This document shows, in pieces, positions 10,172 through 39,201 of a stretch of 64,000 bases of DNA. Under the pieces are notes generated by a model that saw only the letters and a list, made by a program, of their open reading frames with translations, was not told the origin of the DNA and ran no database searches. The position numbers were made by a program, and so were the translations under genes. Every line of letters begins with the position of its first letter. Position 1 is the stretch's first letter. This DNA comes from Podarcis muralis (taxonomy: Eukaryota). The stretch covers positions 54,994,001 through 55,058,000 of the forward strand of contig NC_135668.1 in assembly GCF_964188315.1 (NCBI RefSeq), read 5' to 3'.

Positions 10172-12753
10172 CATTATCATTTAATATTTAGCCATGCAGC
10201 CCCCTTGTGCCTCAGTGCTCCTGCCCACTCTTCCCACCTGGTAATGCTTCTTCCAATGGGGGGGGGGGCACCTGAGACCTTCTGCATGCCAGGCAGGTGC
10301 TCCTCCGCCCATCTAGGGTGCCAGAGGTCCTGCAGCTGTTGGGGCGATGCCAGGGTTGGACTCCTCCTGCTTTTTTTTGCACAGCTTCCGGCTTCCTCTA
10401 CGGAGCGTCTTCTTGCTATGCGGCCAGGACTCTGTCAGATCTCGGAGGTCAGGGTGGGAGCCTCCCTGGTGGTGGGACCTCTGCTGCCAGGGCTGAGCCG
10501 CAGCCACCTCTTCCGAACCCATCACTCGCCCCCAGAGCTGTGCCTTCCATCTTTGCAACCACATGGGGAGTCTCTGTGCGCTGCCCGCAAGTGTTTTGGG
10601 GCCAACCGTGGCAGTGGCTGCAAGAGTTGGCTTTCTGAAATGTGGAAGAGGTGCTGGCATGCCCTCTCCAGGCGGCTCTGGGGGCTTGTGGGGCTCAGCC
10701 TTTGCTCTGCTTCCCAGATCCTGGTCCGGAGGCTTCCAGATGGGAGAGCGCTCCGGGGGCGCATTGTGGAAACGGAGGCCTACCTGGGAGGAGAGGACAC
10801 CGCCTCCCACTCCAGGGGCGGGCGGCAGACTGCCAGGAACACGGCTATGTTCATGGCGCCGGGCACTCTGTATGTGTACCAGATCTACGGGATCTACTTC
10901 TGCATGAACATCTCCAGCCAAGGTAAGCAGGTGGCCGTCCTGCAGGAAAGCCCTGAGCCCTCCGGGGGAGTTTGGGGGGCCTCTCCTGCCCCCAACCCTC
11001 ATCCGGCAGGCACACAGGCCCTGGGGGGGGGGGAGCGAGGGGGCTGTGCTTTGTTCTGAGGATCATCAGAAGAGAGCCAAATGGATGGATCCGGCCAACA
11101 TTCTCTGTGTCCATCCAGAAACTCAAGGGAATAATAATAGTAATAATTTATTTATACCCCGCCCATCTGGCTGGGTTTCCCCGGCCACTCTGGGTGGCTT
11201 TCAACAGAATATTAAAATACAATAATCTATTAAACATTAAAAACTTCCCTAAACAGGGCTGCCTTCAGGTGTCTTTTAAAAGTAAAATAGTTGTTTATTG
11301 CCTTGACATCTGGTGGGATGGCGTTCCTCAGGGCAGGTGCCAACACTGAGAAGGCCCTCTGTCTGGTTCCCTGTAACCTCGCTTCTCGCAGGGAGGAAAC
11401 CGCCAGAAGGCCCTCGGAGCTGGACCTCAGTGTCCAGGCAGAACGATGGAGGTGGAGACGCTCCTTCAGGTATACAGGACCGAGGCGGAGACCAAAGCAC
11501 TTGGGCTAACTTTCTGCTCCCCAGACAGCCTAGTCCTTTCTTCAAGGTGGGGGGGTCCAGGCATGGTTGTTGCTTGAAAGTGCTCCCCCCCCCCCAGATC
11601 CTGGCTTCTTTGAACCAGGGGAATATGGTGTGGCCTCCATTTCTGCCCCTCTCCCCCAGACAAGTGTCCCAGGTCGGGTGCGGCTGCCGTGTCCTTGCCT
11701 GTGGCAGTGGGCAAGGGGATCCCTTCCGGGAAGGGGCGGGGGGCTGACTGTGCATGCCCCAGGGCCGCATCCCAGTCCTGCCTCCGGCCCTCGCAGCAGC
11801 CAGCCAGGGCCCCTCAAGGACCAAGGACCAAGGGCTAGTGGCCTCACTTGGGATTCCCAGCACCTCATATTCACAGGCATTTGATCCCCATTGAAAGCCC
11901 TCCAAGTTGGAGGCCATCAAATTCGACGGTTTATTGAGGTGAGAAGTCTCCTCTTTTGTCTGTTCTGACGCTTCCAGAAGAACAATAAGAATAATTTTCC
12001 TCCCTCTCGTACTAGTACTTGGCAGGAGATGGAGGAAAACGCCTCTCTCTTCATTTTCTGCCCACCATGCCTGATTTTGTACCCCTCTCTAATCCCCCTC
12101 CGTACTCGTTTCCTAAATGCTCCAGCGCTTCCTCCTCAGAGAGCTGGTCCAGGCAACTTCCAGATCCTCTTGGTTGCCCCTTTCTGACCCTTCTTCACCT
12201 TTCAAGGTGAGATGACAGAACGGCACACGGTCTCCCCATAGATTGGTAGAAGAGCATTAGAATACGGGAGGTTTTCTTGCGACCCCCTTCCGAAAGATCC
12301 CTTGAGCTGGGACTGTCCTGCCCTGACCTTTGCCCCCTCCCTTCTCTCTCGCCAGGGGAGGGGGCGGCTGTCCTGCTGCGCTCCTTGGAGCCCCTGCAGG
12401 GCCTGGAGGCGATGAGAGAGCTGCGCCTGGCTCAGCGGAAAGGGGCCACCCGCTCCCTCAAGGACCGGCACCTGTGCAACGGGCCTTCCAAGCTCTGCCA
12501 GGCCCTGGCTGTGGACAAGACCTTTGACCAGCAGGACCTGGCCTGCCATCCGGCCGTGTGGCTGGAGCCTGGCCTGGACGTGCCCAGGGAGGAAGACGTC
12601 ATCTCCGCTCCCCGCATTGGCATCAGCGGCGAGTGGGCACAGCAGCCCCTGCGCTTCTACGTCTGGGGCAACCCGTGCGTGAGCGTGATGGACAAGGCGG
12701 CCGAGGGGGCCAGAGGCAGCCGGCCGCCAGCGGAGGCCTCTCCCTGCTGCTGA
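9152..12753 (+). CDS. MPG: N-methylpurine DNA glycosylase; join(9152..9301,10718..10922,12356..12753), 250 aa (296 aa if the in-frame ATG at 9014 is used)
   Basis: GT-AG introns with consistent phase; motifs FFDQPCVRLARALLGQ, GRIVETEAYLG, YGIYFCMNISSQG, LCNGPSKLCQAL, PLRFYV; position next to NPRL3 matches conserved synteny. Confidence 0.95.
9634..10180 (+). mobile_element. L2 LINE 3' fragment in MPG intron 1
   Basis: Encodes HIHPVLYQLHWLRVEYRIRFKVLVLTFKAL; ends in an (ATT)n tail. Confidence 0.85.
11130..11485 (-). mobile_element. L2 LINE 3' fragment in MPG intron 2
   Basis: Same family as 32225-33194. Confidence 0.85.
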
Positions 12754-12834
12754 TGCCCAGGAACCGGGGGGTCAGGAGGCTTCCCAGGATGGGGAGAATA
12801 ACAGGGAAGGCCGGGACTTTTTCAGCCTTGTGCA

Positions 12835-12855
12835 TTTATTTATTTCCAAAATAAA
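12835..12855. terminator. Back-to-back polyadenylation signals for NPRL3 (-) and MPG (+)
   Basis: TTTATT at 12835-12840 and 12839-12844 (AATAAA on the minus strand); AATAAA at 12850-12855 on the plus strand. Confidence 0.65.
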
Positions 12856-13625
12856 ATAGTTTGTTTTGCTTTGAGGCTGGTGGTTGTGGCTGCGGGAAAG
12901 CCTTCCTGCCTGCAGCATATTGAAGGAAGGAAAAGCCTGCAAAATGCAGAATTGGAAGGAGGAAGGACCCCCCTCCCCCACGATGTGGGGAGATAAGAGT
13001 TCCTCCACTGCTAGGAAGAGGTACCAGAATCGCCCCAACAAATTCTCCCCCCATTCCCCATGTTAAATCTGCTCCTGCCCCTGGTCCTTGTGGAAGAGAG
13101 AGGAGCTACCTGATTGAGCAAGCAGGATGCGGCCAGTTCAGGTGGCTTGAGAGAGGAGGCCAAGCCAGTGGTCACCTGCCCTTCAGAAGTGAGGAAGGTA
13201 GGTCTGTGGGTCACGGCAGGGAGGAAGAGAGCCGGTACTTTCACAACAGACTTGTTCCCTGACTTAAGAGGAGAAAGATTTCACATTTTCCAGCATGTGG
13301 TTGTAATTGTGCAACGGTGGGTGAACAGTCTGAGGCTTGCCTGCAATTATCAAGACACAGTTTCCCTCCCCACCAGCTATCCACCCCCCCCACCCCAGAG
13401 AAGTGTCCAGCAGATGGATCGCCATGTCTGCAGCCGTCGGCAGAGGCCCAGAAGCAGCACCTGAGGCCTGGCAGTGCCAGGAGCGTGACCGAATCAGGCG
13501 TCTGTGCACAAGGCCCCCAAGTCCCCTCCTTGCCCCCCACGTGGCTGCAAGAAGGGGGTGCCTTCTTCCCCCGTCCCGAGGGCCAGCAATCCTCCTTCGA
13601 AGTCCTGGGCAGCGGCCCTTTCTCC

Positions 13626-30926
<17,301 letters not shown>

Positions 30927-31244
30927 CCTCGCGCCCCACCGAGCGGACACAGGGCACTGCGCATGCGCCGGCGGGTCACGTGGCTCGCCGGAGGAGGAGG
31001 AGGAGGAGGAGGAGAGCATGCGCGGTCCCCGCCTCTCTGGACTACGGCTCCCATCGGCCAGCGCGGCTGGCGGCAAGGCACGCCGGGAGTGGTAGTCCAG
31101 AGAGTGGGGAGGGCGCGCTCCCCGCCGGGCGCGTTGCCTTCAGCAGCTGGGGCTGAGCGAGCTTCCCATACGGGGCAGCTTGAAGCTGATTTCCCAATAA
31201 TTTCCCATGGTTATTCATGCCACTCTGGGCAGCTTCCAACACAC

Positions 31245-31291
<47 letters not shown>

Positions 31292-31440
31292 TATTATTAT
31301 TATTTATGATTTCTACCCTGCCCATCTGGGTGGGTTTCCCCGGCCACTCTGGGCGACTTCCAACAAAAGATTAAAAATACATTAAAACACCAGTCATTAA
31401 AAACTTCCCTAAACAGGGCTGCCTTCAGATGTCTTCTGAA
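31245..31440 (-). mobile_element. L2 LINE extreme 3' fragment
   Basis: (ATT)n tail and 3' UTR shared with other copies. Confidence 0.75.
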
Positions 31441-31804
31441 TAATAATAATAATATTTTAGATGCCACCCTTCAGGCGAGGATTGCAGGTTGGTATGCAGT
31501 ATGGAAACGCAAAATGCAAAGCACCATCGCGCAAAGCAAGAACACACAAGACCAGCCCCTCCCTGGACACGCACAGTTGAAAAGGCCCAAGGCCCGGGAG
31601 AAGAGTTTTCGCCTGGCGCCTGAAGGCAGGTAAAGAAATGGCAGGTTACTTTATTGCATTTTAAATTACGTTTATTGCATGTGAAAAAGCAACAAATTAG
31701 ATCTGTAAAAAAGAAAAGAAAAAAAGCATCCCAAAGCTAGGGACATTGTCACCCAGAGCTGCTCTTTGGCATTTTTTGGCCCCCATGGCAGAGGAGGATT
31801 TGCA

Positions 31805-31807
31805 CCC

Positions 31808-31846
<39 letters not shown>

Positions 31847-31880
31847 TTCATTCATTCATTCATACATACATACATACATA
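31805..31880. repeat. Compound tetranucleotide microsatellite (TTTA)(TTCA)(TACA)
   Basis: Direct observation. Confidence 0.9.
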
Positions 31881-32224
31881 CCCTGCCCATCTGGCTGGGT
31901 TGGGCAGCTTCCAACACACATAATCATCATCATCATCATCATTATCAAACATTAATAGTAACGATCGGATCCTATATTAAAAGTCACAATAACTTTAAAA
32001 TAAAAAACTTATACCAAATAAAGCAGTATGCAATAATACAATAGAATCCAATAGTAAACACTAAAATTAAACGTCAGCAAGTAATAATTAAACAGTTTAC
32101 ACTTATCAATTACAATCATTACTCATCTAAATTGATAAAAATAGGAGCAAATCACAATACAGTACATAAAATACCACAAATCATACAAAACAATGTAAAA
32201 TGATTAAATTCCCTGCCAGTTGGA

Positions 32225-32275
<51 letters not shown>

Positions 32276-33194
32276 TTATTATTTATACCCCGCCCATCTG
32301 GCTGGGCTTCCCCAGCCACTCTGGGCGGCTTCCAAAAGAATATTAAAATACTATAATACATCAAACATTGAAAGCTTCCCGAAACAGGGCTGCCTTCAGA
32401 TGTCTTCTAAAAGCCTGGTAGTTGTTGTTCTCTTTGACATCTGGTGGGAGGGTGTTCCACAGGGAAGGCGCCACTACCGAGAAGGCCCTCTGCCTGGTTC
32501 CCTGTAACTTGGCTTCTCTCAGTGAGGGAACCGCCAGAAGGCCCTCGGTGCTGGACCTCAGTGTCCAGGTAGAACGATGGGGGTGGAGACTCTCCTTCAG
32601 ATATACTGGACCAAGGCCGTTTAGGGCTTTAAAGGTCAGCACCAACACTTTGAATTGTGCTTGGAAACGTACTGGGAGCCAATGTAGGTCTTTCAAGACC
32701 GGTGTTATGTGGTCTCTGCGGCCGCTCCCAGTCACCAGTCTAGCTGCCACGTTCTGGATTAGTTGTAGTTTCCGGGTCACCTTCAAAGGTAGCCCCACAT
32801 AGAGCGCATTGCAGTAGTCCAAGCGAGAGATAACTAGAGCATGCACCACTCTGGCGGGGCAGTCTATGGGCAGGGAGGGTCTCAGCCTGCGTACCAGATG
32901 GAGCTGGTAAACAGCTGCCCTGGACACGGATTTAACCTGTGCCTCCATGGACAGCTGTGAGTCCAAAATGACTCCCAGGCTGCGCACCTGGTCCTTCAGG
33001 GGCACAGTTACCCCATTCAGGACCAGGGAGTCCCCCACACCTGCCCACCTCCTGTCCCCCAAAAACAGTACTTCTGTCTTGTCAGGATTCAACCTCAATC
33101 TGTTAGCCGCCATCCATCCTCCAACCGCCTCCAGACACTCACACAGGACCTTCACCGCCTTCACTGGTTCTGATTTGAAAGAGAGGTAGAGCAC
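32225..33194 (-). mobile_element. L2-clade LINE, 5'-truncated, with an open 277-codon 3' part of the RT ORF
   Basis: WMAANRLRLNPDKTEVL, LGVILDSQLSM, SRLDYCNALYVGLP, LHWLPV are L2-type RT C-terminal motifs; (ATT)n tail. Confidence 0.92.
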
Positions 33195-33479
33195 CTGATG
33201 TTTCCGTGGAAGTCCATGAAAGGTTCTGTCACATTAAATCTGTGGGAACCTGTAGCGCCACAAAACTTGGGTGCTTTCTCTGCAGCAGACAAGCACGCCC
33301 CCCTTCTTTCGACATTCTTGCCGCCTGCTGCATTTGCCCCCCACCCCCTAACAGAGGAAGGGGACACAACTCGTCCTCCCGTGCCCACCCTGCCTGGCCC
33401 TGGCAGGAGACTTGCCTGACCCGCTGGGCTCCACCTGTTTCCTCCAAACCCCAAATGTGATCTTCTGGCTGATGAATGA

Positions 33480-34120
33480 TGCCATGAACTGGTTGGATGC
33501 AGAGGAATGATGGCAGGAACCACCTGGGGAACCATCAAGGGAAGAAGGCTCAGAGCCCAGGGACTGGTGGTGGGACAGCATGACTGGTAAGAGGGAGGAG
33601 ACTTGGAAGAGGAGGTATCAGAAGCGGAAGAGGTAACAGGGTTTAGCGAGCTGGGAAAGTCTGTGGCAGAGAGAAGAAGTCCAGAATCAGAGGCAGAAGC
33701 TGAAACAAGGAGAGGAGGGAGGCCCAGAGGCAGAGATGAGTCCACCTGGTGAAGAGGCACAGGGGTCTCCCTCTCCTGCTGCAACTCCTGCTGGTCTCCC
33801 AGAACCAGGAGAGGCATGAAGAGGGCGGAAGAGAAGTTAGCTTCACATAGGCTTAGTATCAGATTGCTTGGGGGAAACCCTGGAGAGGAGGAGACATAGT
33901 CAGATGTGGGGAGGTGGGGGCCTTTAGTATCAGCAAGTGATCCATGAGGGGCCAGACCTACTGGAGATGAGTCACTGCGGTCATTGGGCTTGACACTCCT
34001 AAACAGATCCTGTTTTTGCTCGGTGTGATGCTCCTGTCAAATGAGGACCAGGTCTGGTCTGGGATGTTCTCATTAAGAGTAGCAGCTCAAGAGGGCCCAG
34101 GGAGGGTGTGGGGAGGCTCA
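33480..34120 (+). mobile_element. Probable solo-LTR-like interspersed repeat
   Basis: Purine-rich block starting TGCCATG that resembles LTR-type lizard repeats from memory; termini and TSD not resolved. Confidence 0.35.
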
Positions 34121-35109
34121 CCAGCCCCACCCTTTATCCCTCAATTGCCAGGCTAAAGAAACTAGAATAATTACAGGAGATGGTATGGGGAGGTGGAATC
34201 CCCAACTGCAGAGTCCCCCAGAAGAGAAGTTCCCATCTGAGATCCTCAGGGAAGTCTGGGAGGACAATGCCTGTGTGGTCAGAAAAACAAGGAACCACAA
34301 TGCAGTCAGCAAAAATGGACTCTGGTGGAATTTTAATTAATTCTTTCACTGCGATGTATTCTCCTGACTGCTTAAGAGGCAGTCAGAGCAGCACTGGACA
34401 GATTGAGGAACGGATCCTGCCCTCCTGGGTTCTGCCCTAAAGCAGAGCTCCGCTGCCTCCACGAAAAGACATCTCTCTGCACCCAAAGCAGCAGGGAGCG
34501 CAGAGTCCGTGCCTGCCAGTTTGTGAGAAGGCAGGAGCATCCCTCAGGATGAGGCCAGGGTGGCTTTCTGCGCAGAGATCGGGGTGAGCTGAGAGCCCAG
34601 GCTCCTTCTCCGCCTATCAGCCTGGCCACCCCCTGCAAGCTGGAGGATAAGGCAGGCTGTGTCTCTGAGGATATAGCTGAGGGGAGGGGACTTTTGGGGC
34701 AGCTCCCTCCTTCAGGCCTCCAGGCTCTTTCTGCCGGCCAAAGAGTAAAATTCTTCTCTGGGAAGGAAATCAGCAGCAGCAGCAGCAGAATGGATGGGGA
34801 TGAGGACTCCTAAAGGGGCTGCCCTAGAAGGGGAAAGGGAAGGGCCCTTCCTTGCCCCCAGGCCTGCTGTCTAAAGGGGTCGTGCAGAGGGGAATCAGGG
34901 GGCTTGGAGGACAAGAAACACCCAGGCATTTCTGTGCTGTTTGGGGGGGACTTTCCAACCCACGCTTCAAGCTCAAGCAAAAATAAACAAGGAGCTCTTA
35001 ATCACTTGCACACTTGCAGCACCCGTCCCTAGGTGTGCATTGAGACCAGCAAACCAAGGGGAGTTGTGGTGGTTGTTTGTGATTTAGGACTCCGAATGAA
35101 TAAATAAAT

Positions 35110-35462
35110 ACATATATCTTTTAAAAAAATATTTATATTTGATTTTAAAAAATATATAAACACACAACAAACATCAATTCAACATCCAAATATTGAGATC
35201 ACTCTGAATCTCTTGACTTCCCTCCATCCCTTCCATGGGTCCTAGTAAAAATAAATACATCTGCATATCAATATTTATGCAAATATTTTCTTTCTGAATT
35301 ATCCACAGTTTGTGTTACTTTACAAGTGTAATTAAAATCCTTCCAGTGTTTTAACCTGCTTGCAGTGGTCTCATATATAAATATAAACTTTTCCCATTCT
35401 TTTTAAAAGTTATCGTATTCTTGCTTTCTGAGCTTTCCATTTAATTTTGCCATTTTGGCATG
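35110..35462 (-). mobile_element. L1-like LINE 3' end
   Basis: Antisense reads MAKLNGKLRKQE...EWEKLYLY, homologous to 19700-19800. Confidence 0.6.
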
Positions 35463-36619
35463 GAGAGTTCTGAGGATGCACTCACAGGCCTCTTTGGCAA
35501 TTGGCAGCAGGGAAGCAGGCCCCCAGGTGCCCTTAATGAGCCCGGTTGGTCCCAGAAGCCCATGAGTTTGGGCACAGACATGTGGATCCTCACAGCTGGA
35601 AAGGCAGCTTTGGAGAGGGCCTTTCTGGAACAGAATATGGTGGATAAAGGGTTAAGCACACCCCCCTCCTGCTTCTCTGCTCAGAATTGCAGCTCCCCCT
35701 TCCCCAGGAGGCCTGCTTTTCTGAACAACATCTGGCAATAAATCCATGAAATATTAAGTTCCCTTCCGGCATTGGCCAACCCAGGAGGAGCCGCACAGGA
35801 CCTCCTCCAACACAGCAACTCATGAGGACTCTTCAGGAAGAGGATGTCAGGGGAAATGGCATGGAAGGCTGTGGAGAGGCGTCAAAGGGAAGTCGCCCTC
35901 ACCCTGCCCTTCTCTCAGCAAACACCTGAGGCAGCAGGACAGCCAGGCAGTGACCAGGGCAAAGTGAAGAAGTGAAGAAGCAGCCTGCCTCAGGCGGAAG
36001 AATCCCACAGGGCCTGCCGCCATACTGCCAGGGTCCTGCAGCTGTGGCGGCTGCTTCCAGGGAGATCTCACCAAAAGTCACTGCACAACCAGGCCTGCAA
36101 CACCTTCCCTTTTTTGCCTCAGGTGGCGAAGTGGGGTGGGCTGTCCCTGACGGTGACTGTTCCAGAATCAGACCTGAACCCAGACTTGAATGGATGGAGA
36201 AAATAAGTTTCAGCCAAGAGTGTCTGGAGCTGGCCAGTGCCCGGCTCCCTCTTCACCTGAGATTCAGGACAGAGAAACTCTTCTTCACACAGTGCATGGG
36301 CACCAACTCCTAGGGTTTGAGGGCTCTTGGACCCCCTAAAAATATTTTGAGGGGCCACCCACCCCCAGTTGATGAGTATTGCCGTTGGCATTGCCCCGGT
36401 GTGAAAGAACCCAGAACACTACTGCTGCCTGGCCCTCCCTCCCACTCTTCTTCCCCCTAAGGCAGAGACAGAAAGGGAATGTGCCTGTGTAAACATGCTC
36501 ACCTGGTCCCAGCAGCAACCTCCCCTCTTGCTGCCCCCATTGCAGCTCTGTTGCCAGGCCTGGCATGTGTCCATGGTATGTGTGTGCCACTTCTGGGAGC
36601 GGCCACCAAGACCATATAA

Positions 36620-37037
36620 CATTGGTCCTGAAAGACCTGCATTGGCTCCCAGTACATTTCTGAGCACAATTCAAAGTGTTGGTGCTGACCTTGAAAGCCC
36701 TAAACGGCCTTGGCCCAGTAGACCTGAAGGAGCGTCTCCACCCCCATCGTTCTGCCCGGACACTGAGGTCCAGCTCTGAGGGCCTTCTGGCAGTTCCCTC
36801 CCTGTGAGAAGTGAGGTTGCAGGGAACCAGGCAGAGGGCCTTCTCGGTGGTGACACCCGCCCTGTGGAACGTCCTCCCATCAGATGTCAAGGAAATGAAC
36901 AACTATCTGACTTTTAGCAGACTTCTGAAGGCAGCCTGTTTAAGGAAGTTTTTAATGTTTGATTTTTATTGTGCTTTAAATATTCTGTTGGGAGCTGCCC
37001 AGTGGCTGGGGAAACCCAGTCAGATGAGTGGGGTATA

Positions 37038-37082
<45 letters not shown>

Positions 37083-37095
37083 TACTACTACTATT
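36620..37095 (+). mobile_element. L2 LINE 3' fragment
   Basis: Same family as 32225-33194; (AAT)n tail. Confidence 0.85.
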
Positions 37096-37114
37096 AGAGA
37101 GCCCACATGATGGT

Positions 37115-37410
37115 GATAACAACAACAACAACAACAATTTATTTATACCCCACCCATCTGGGTGGGCTTCCCCAGCCACACTGGGTGGCTTCCAACAAAA
37201 TATTAAAATACCGTAATACATCAAACATTAAAAGCTTCAGGGCTGCCTTCAGATGTCTTCTAAAAGTCTGGTAGTTGTTCTTCTCTTTGACATCTGGTGG
37301 GAGGGTGTTCCACAGCGTGGGCACCACTACCGAGAAGGCCCTCTGCCTGGTTCCCTGTAACTTGGCTTCTCGCAGGGAGGGAACCGCCAGAAGGCCCTCG
37401 GCGCTGGACA
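37115..37410 (-). mobile_element. L2 LINE 3' fragment, tail-to-tail with the previous copy
   Basis: Same family, opposite strand. Confidence 0.8.
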
Positions 37411-38131
37411 AGGGCTCAAGGCACAGCACGGCAGGGCAGGAGGTGCCAGAGGTCCATTTGGTTCTGGCTAGGGCTGCCTGACGTTCCCAGGTCACCTGTT
37501 GCTTGGCTCTCTGTTTCCTCCCCCTGCCTCCCCATATCAACTTTAAAAAACAACCCCAGAATCACTCACTTAATGTAATGTGCAGTTAGGTCCTCAGAAT
37601 GTTTAATTCCAGAGATTTTTATGCTCTTTTTCCTTTTTGCTACAGTGTATTTATTTATTTCACGAATATCTCCCAAGGATCTCTAGGTGCTCTACACGGT
37701 CCTCCTCCTCTCCACCATTTAATCCCCACCACAACCCTGTGAGGACGGCTAGGCTGAGAACCTCCTGGCACCACGTGGGGGAATGGGAGGGGGGAGCAGG
37801 GGGAGATCGGGATCTACTGAGTGATTCGCGGCAGATCTCCGATAGGTCTTTGTTTGTTTCATAACATTGATATACCGCTTGGTTGTAGAAAACAAAACCA
37901 GCGCTTTTTGTGGTCCCGAATTGTTTAGCAAGAGCTGTCAAATTAAGGCTCTAGGAACAAATAAAGGCTGGTTTTGGTGGGGAGGAAGAACCAGGAATAG
38001 CTCTCTGCGCGTGAGAAAGAGGAGCTGGTTTCTGGGACTGAAGACACATCCTCGGCCTCGGCATGTGTCTCCTCGTTGCCTTTCAAGGATTTGTGGACCC
38101 CTTTTCCTGAGTTGGAGGGAAAAGCCACGTA

Positions 38132-38353
38132 CAGTGGTACCTCAGGTTAAGCACTTAATTCCTTCCGGAGGTCCGTACTTAACCTGAAACTGTTCTTAAC
38201 TTGAAGCACCACTTTAGCTAATGGGGCCTCCTGCTGCTGCCGCCGGAGCACGATTTCTGTTCTCCATCCTGAAGCAAAGTTCTTAACCTGAAGCACTATT
38301 TCTGGGTTAGCGGAGTGTGTAACCTGAAGCGTATGTAACCTGAGGTACCACTG
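38132..38353. mobile_element. Tc1/mariner (Tigger-like) MITE
   Basis: Terminal inverted repeats CAGTGGTACCTC / GAGGTACCACTG flanked by TA; second copy at 51475-51700. Confidence 0.9.
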
Positions 38354-39009
38354 TACTGCAGTTCTCTCCAGCTTGATCTAAAGCGGAAAAACACCTTTTC
38401 CTGCCCGGCTGAACTTAGCAATATGCGCTTTACGCATCAGCCTGACGCCAATTCGTCTCCTGCGTGGCCCTCATGCCACCGACTGGGGCGACTCGAGAGT
38501 TTTTTTAGACGGGTACCGTCAATCCCCTGCGTGTTTGATTTTGGGATGGGGACCTGCGAGGCCATGAAATGGGGGGGGGGGGTCGGATTTATATGCCGCC
38601 GGCCTCTCCCGCGTCGCGAAAAGACTCGGGGCATCCTCCCGGGTTCTTTGGTCGTCTGAACTTTGGCAGCGCCTGAAGTCCCGTGTCCTCTCCACTTGCC
38701 ACGTGCCCCAGCAGAAGGCTCCCTCGGTCCAAGTGGGATGGCTTTAAACAAGGAGCCGAGAAATTCAGGGAGGAAGAGAGGGCTAACGGTGGAGGCATAA
38801 AGGCTTCTGAAGGGCAGCCGCTGTTTGGAGCGGGAGGCGCTCTTGTGCTCGGATGCCGCTTGCGCGTTTCCTGCAAGAGGCACGTGAAAACAGGAGGCTG
38901 CACGGATCCAGCCGTTTCTTCAGCAGAGACGGCTCTTCCCCCGTAGTACCGGCTCTTTCGGCCGCCAAGGCGAGAGCTGAGCTCTGTCCGCCGTCGCCGA
39001 GGCCCCTCC

Positions 39010-39125
39010 TTGCGCCATTAGTGGGCTTGGCTGCTCCGCCGCGCAGCCGACCTCTCCGGCAGTCCCGGGGCGATAAGATAAGCGGGGGCGGGCCGAGGAG
39101 GGCAGCGCGGGCCGCTATAAAAGCG
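39010..39125 (+). promoter_or_regulatory. alphaD-globin promoter
   Basis: Tandem GATAAGATAAG at 39072-39082, GC box, TATAAAAG at 39116-39123. Confidence 0.8.
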
Positions 39126-39201
39126 GCGGCCTCTGCAGGGCTCCCAGCTCCGCCGCCTCCTGGGACTTACAGAGCAACTCGACCTCCTGCCTGCTGCCAA
39201 G

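Noticed and set aside
10121-11059. 312-aa ORF as a stand-alone gene
   Set aside because: Only 10718-10922 is MPG exon 2; the rest is open intron and an L2 microsatellite tail.
33161-33817. 218-aa Ser-rich minus-strand ORF
   Set aside because: Antisense of a purine-rich LTR-like repeat; no domain or splice support.
35560-35625. KAALER peptide as a relic of alphaE exon 1
   Set aside because: No GT donor after ER, no upstream Trp at the globin position, and no exon 2/3 remnant nearby.
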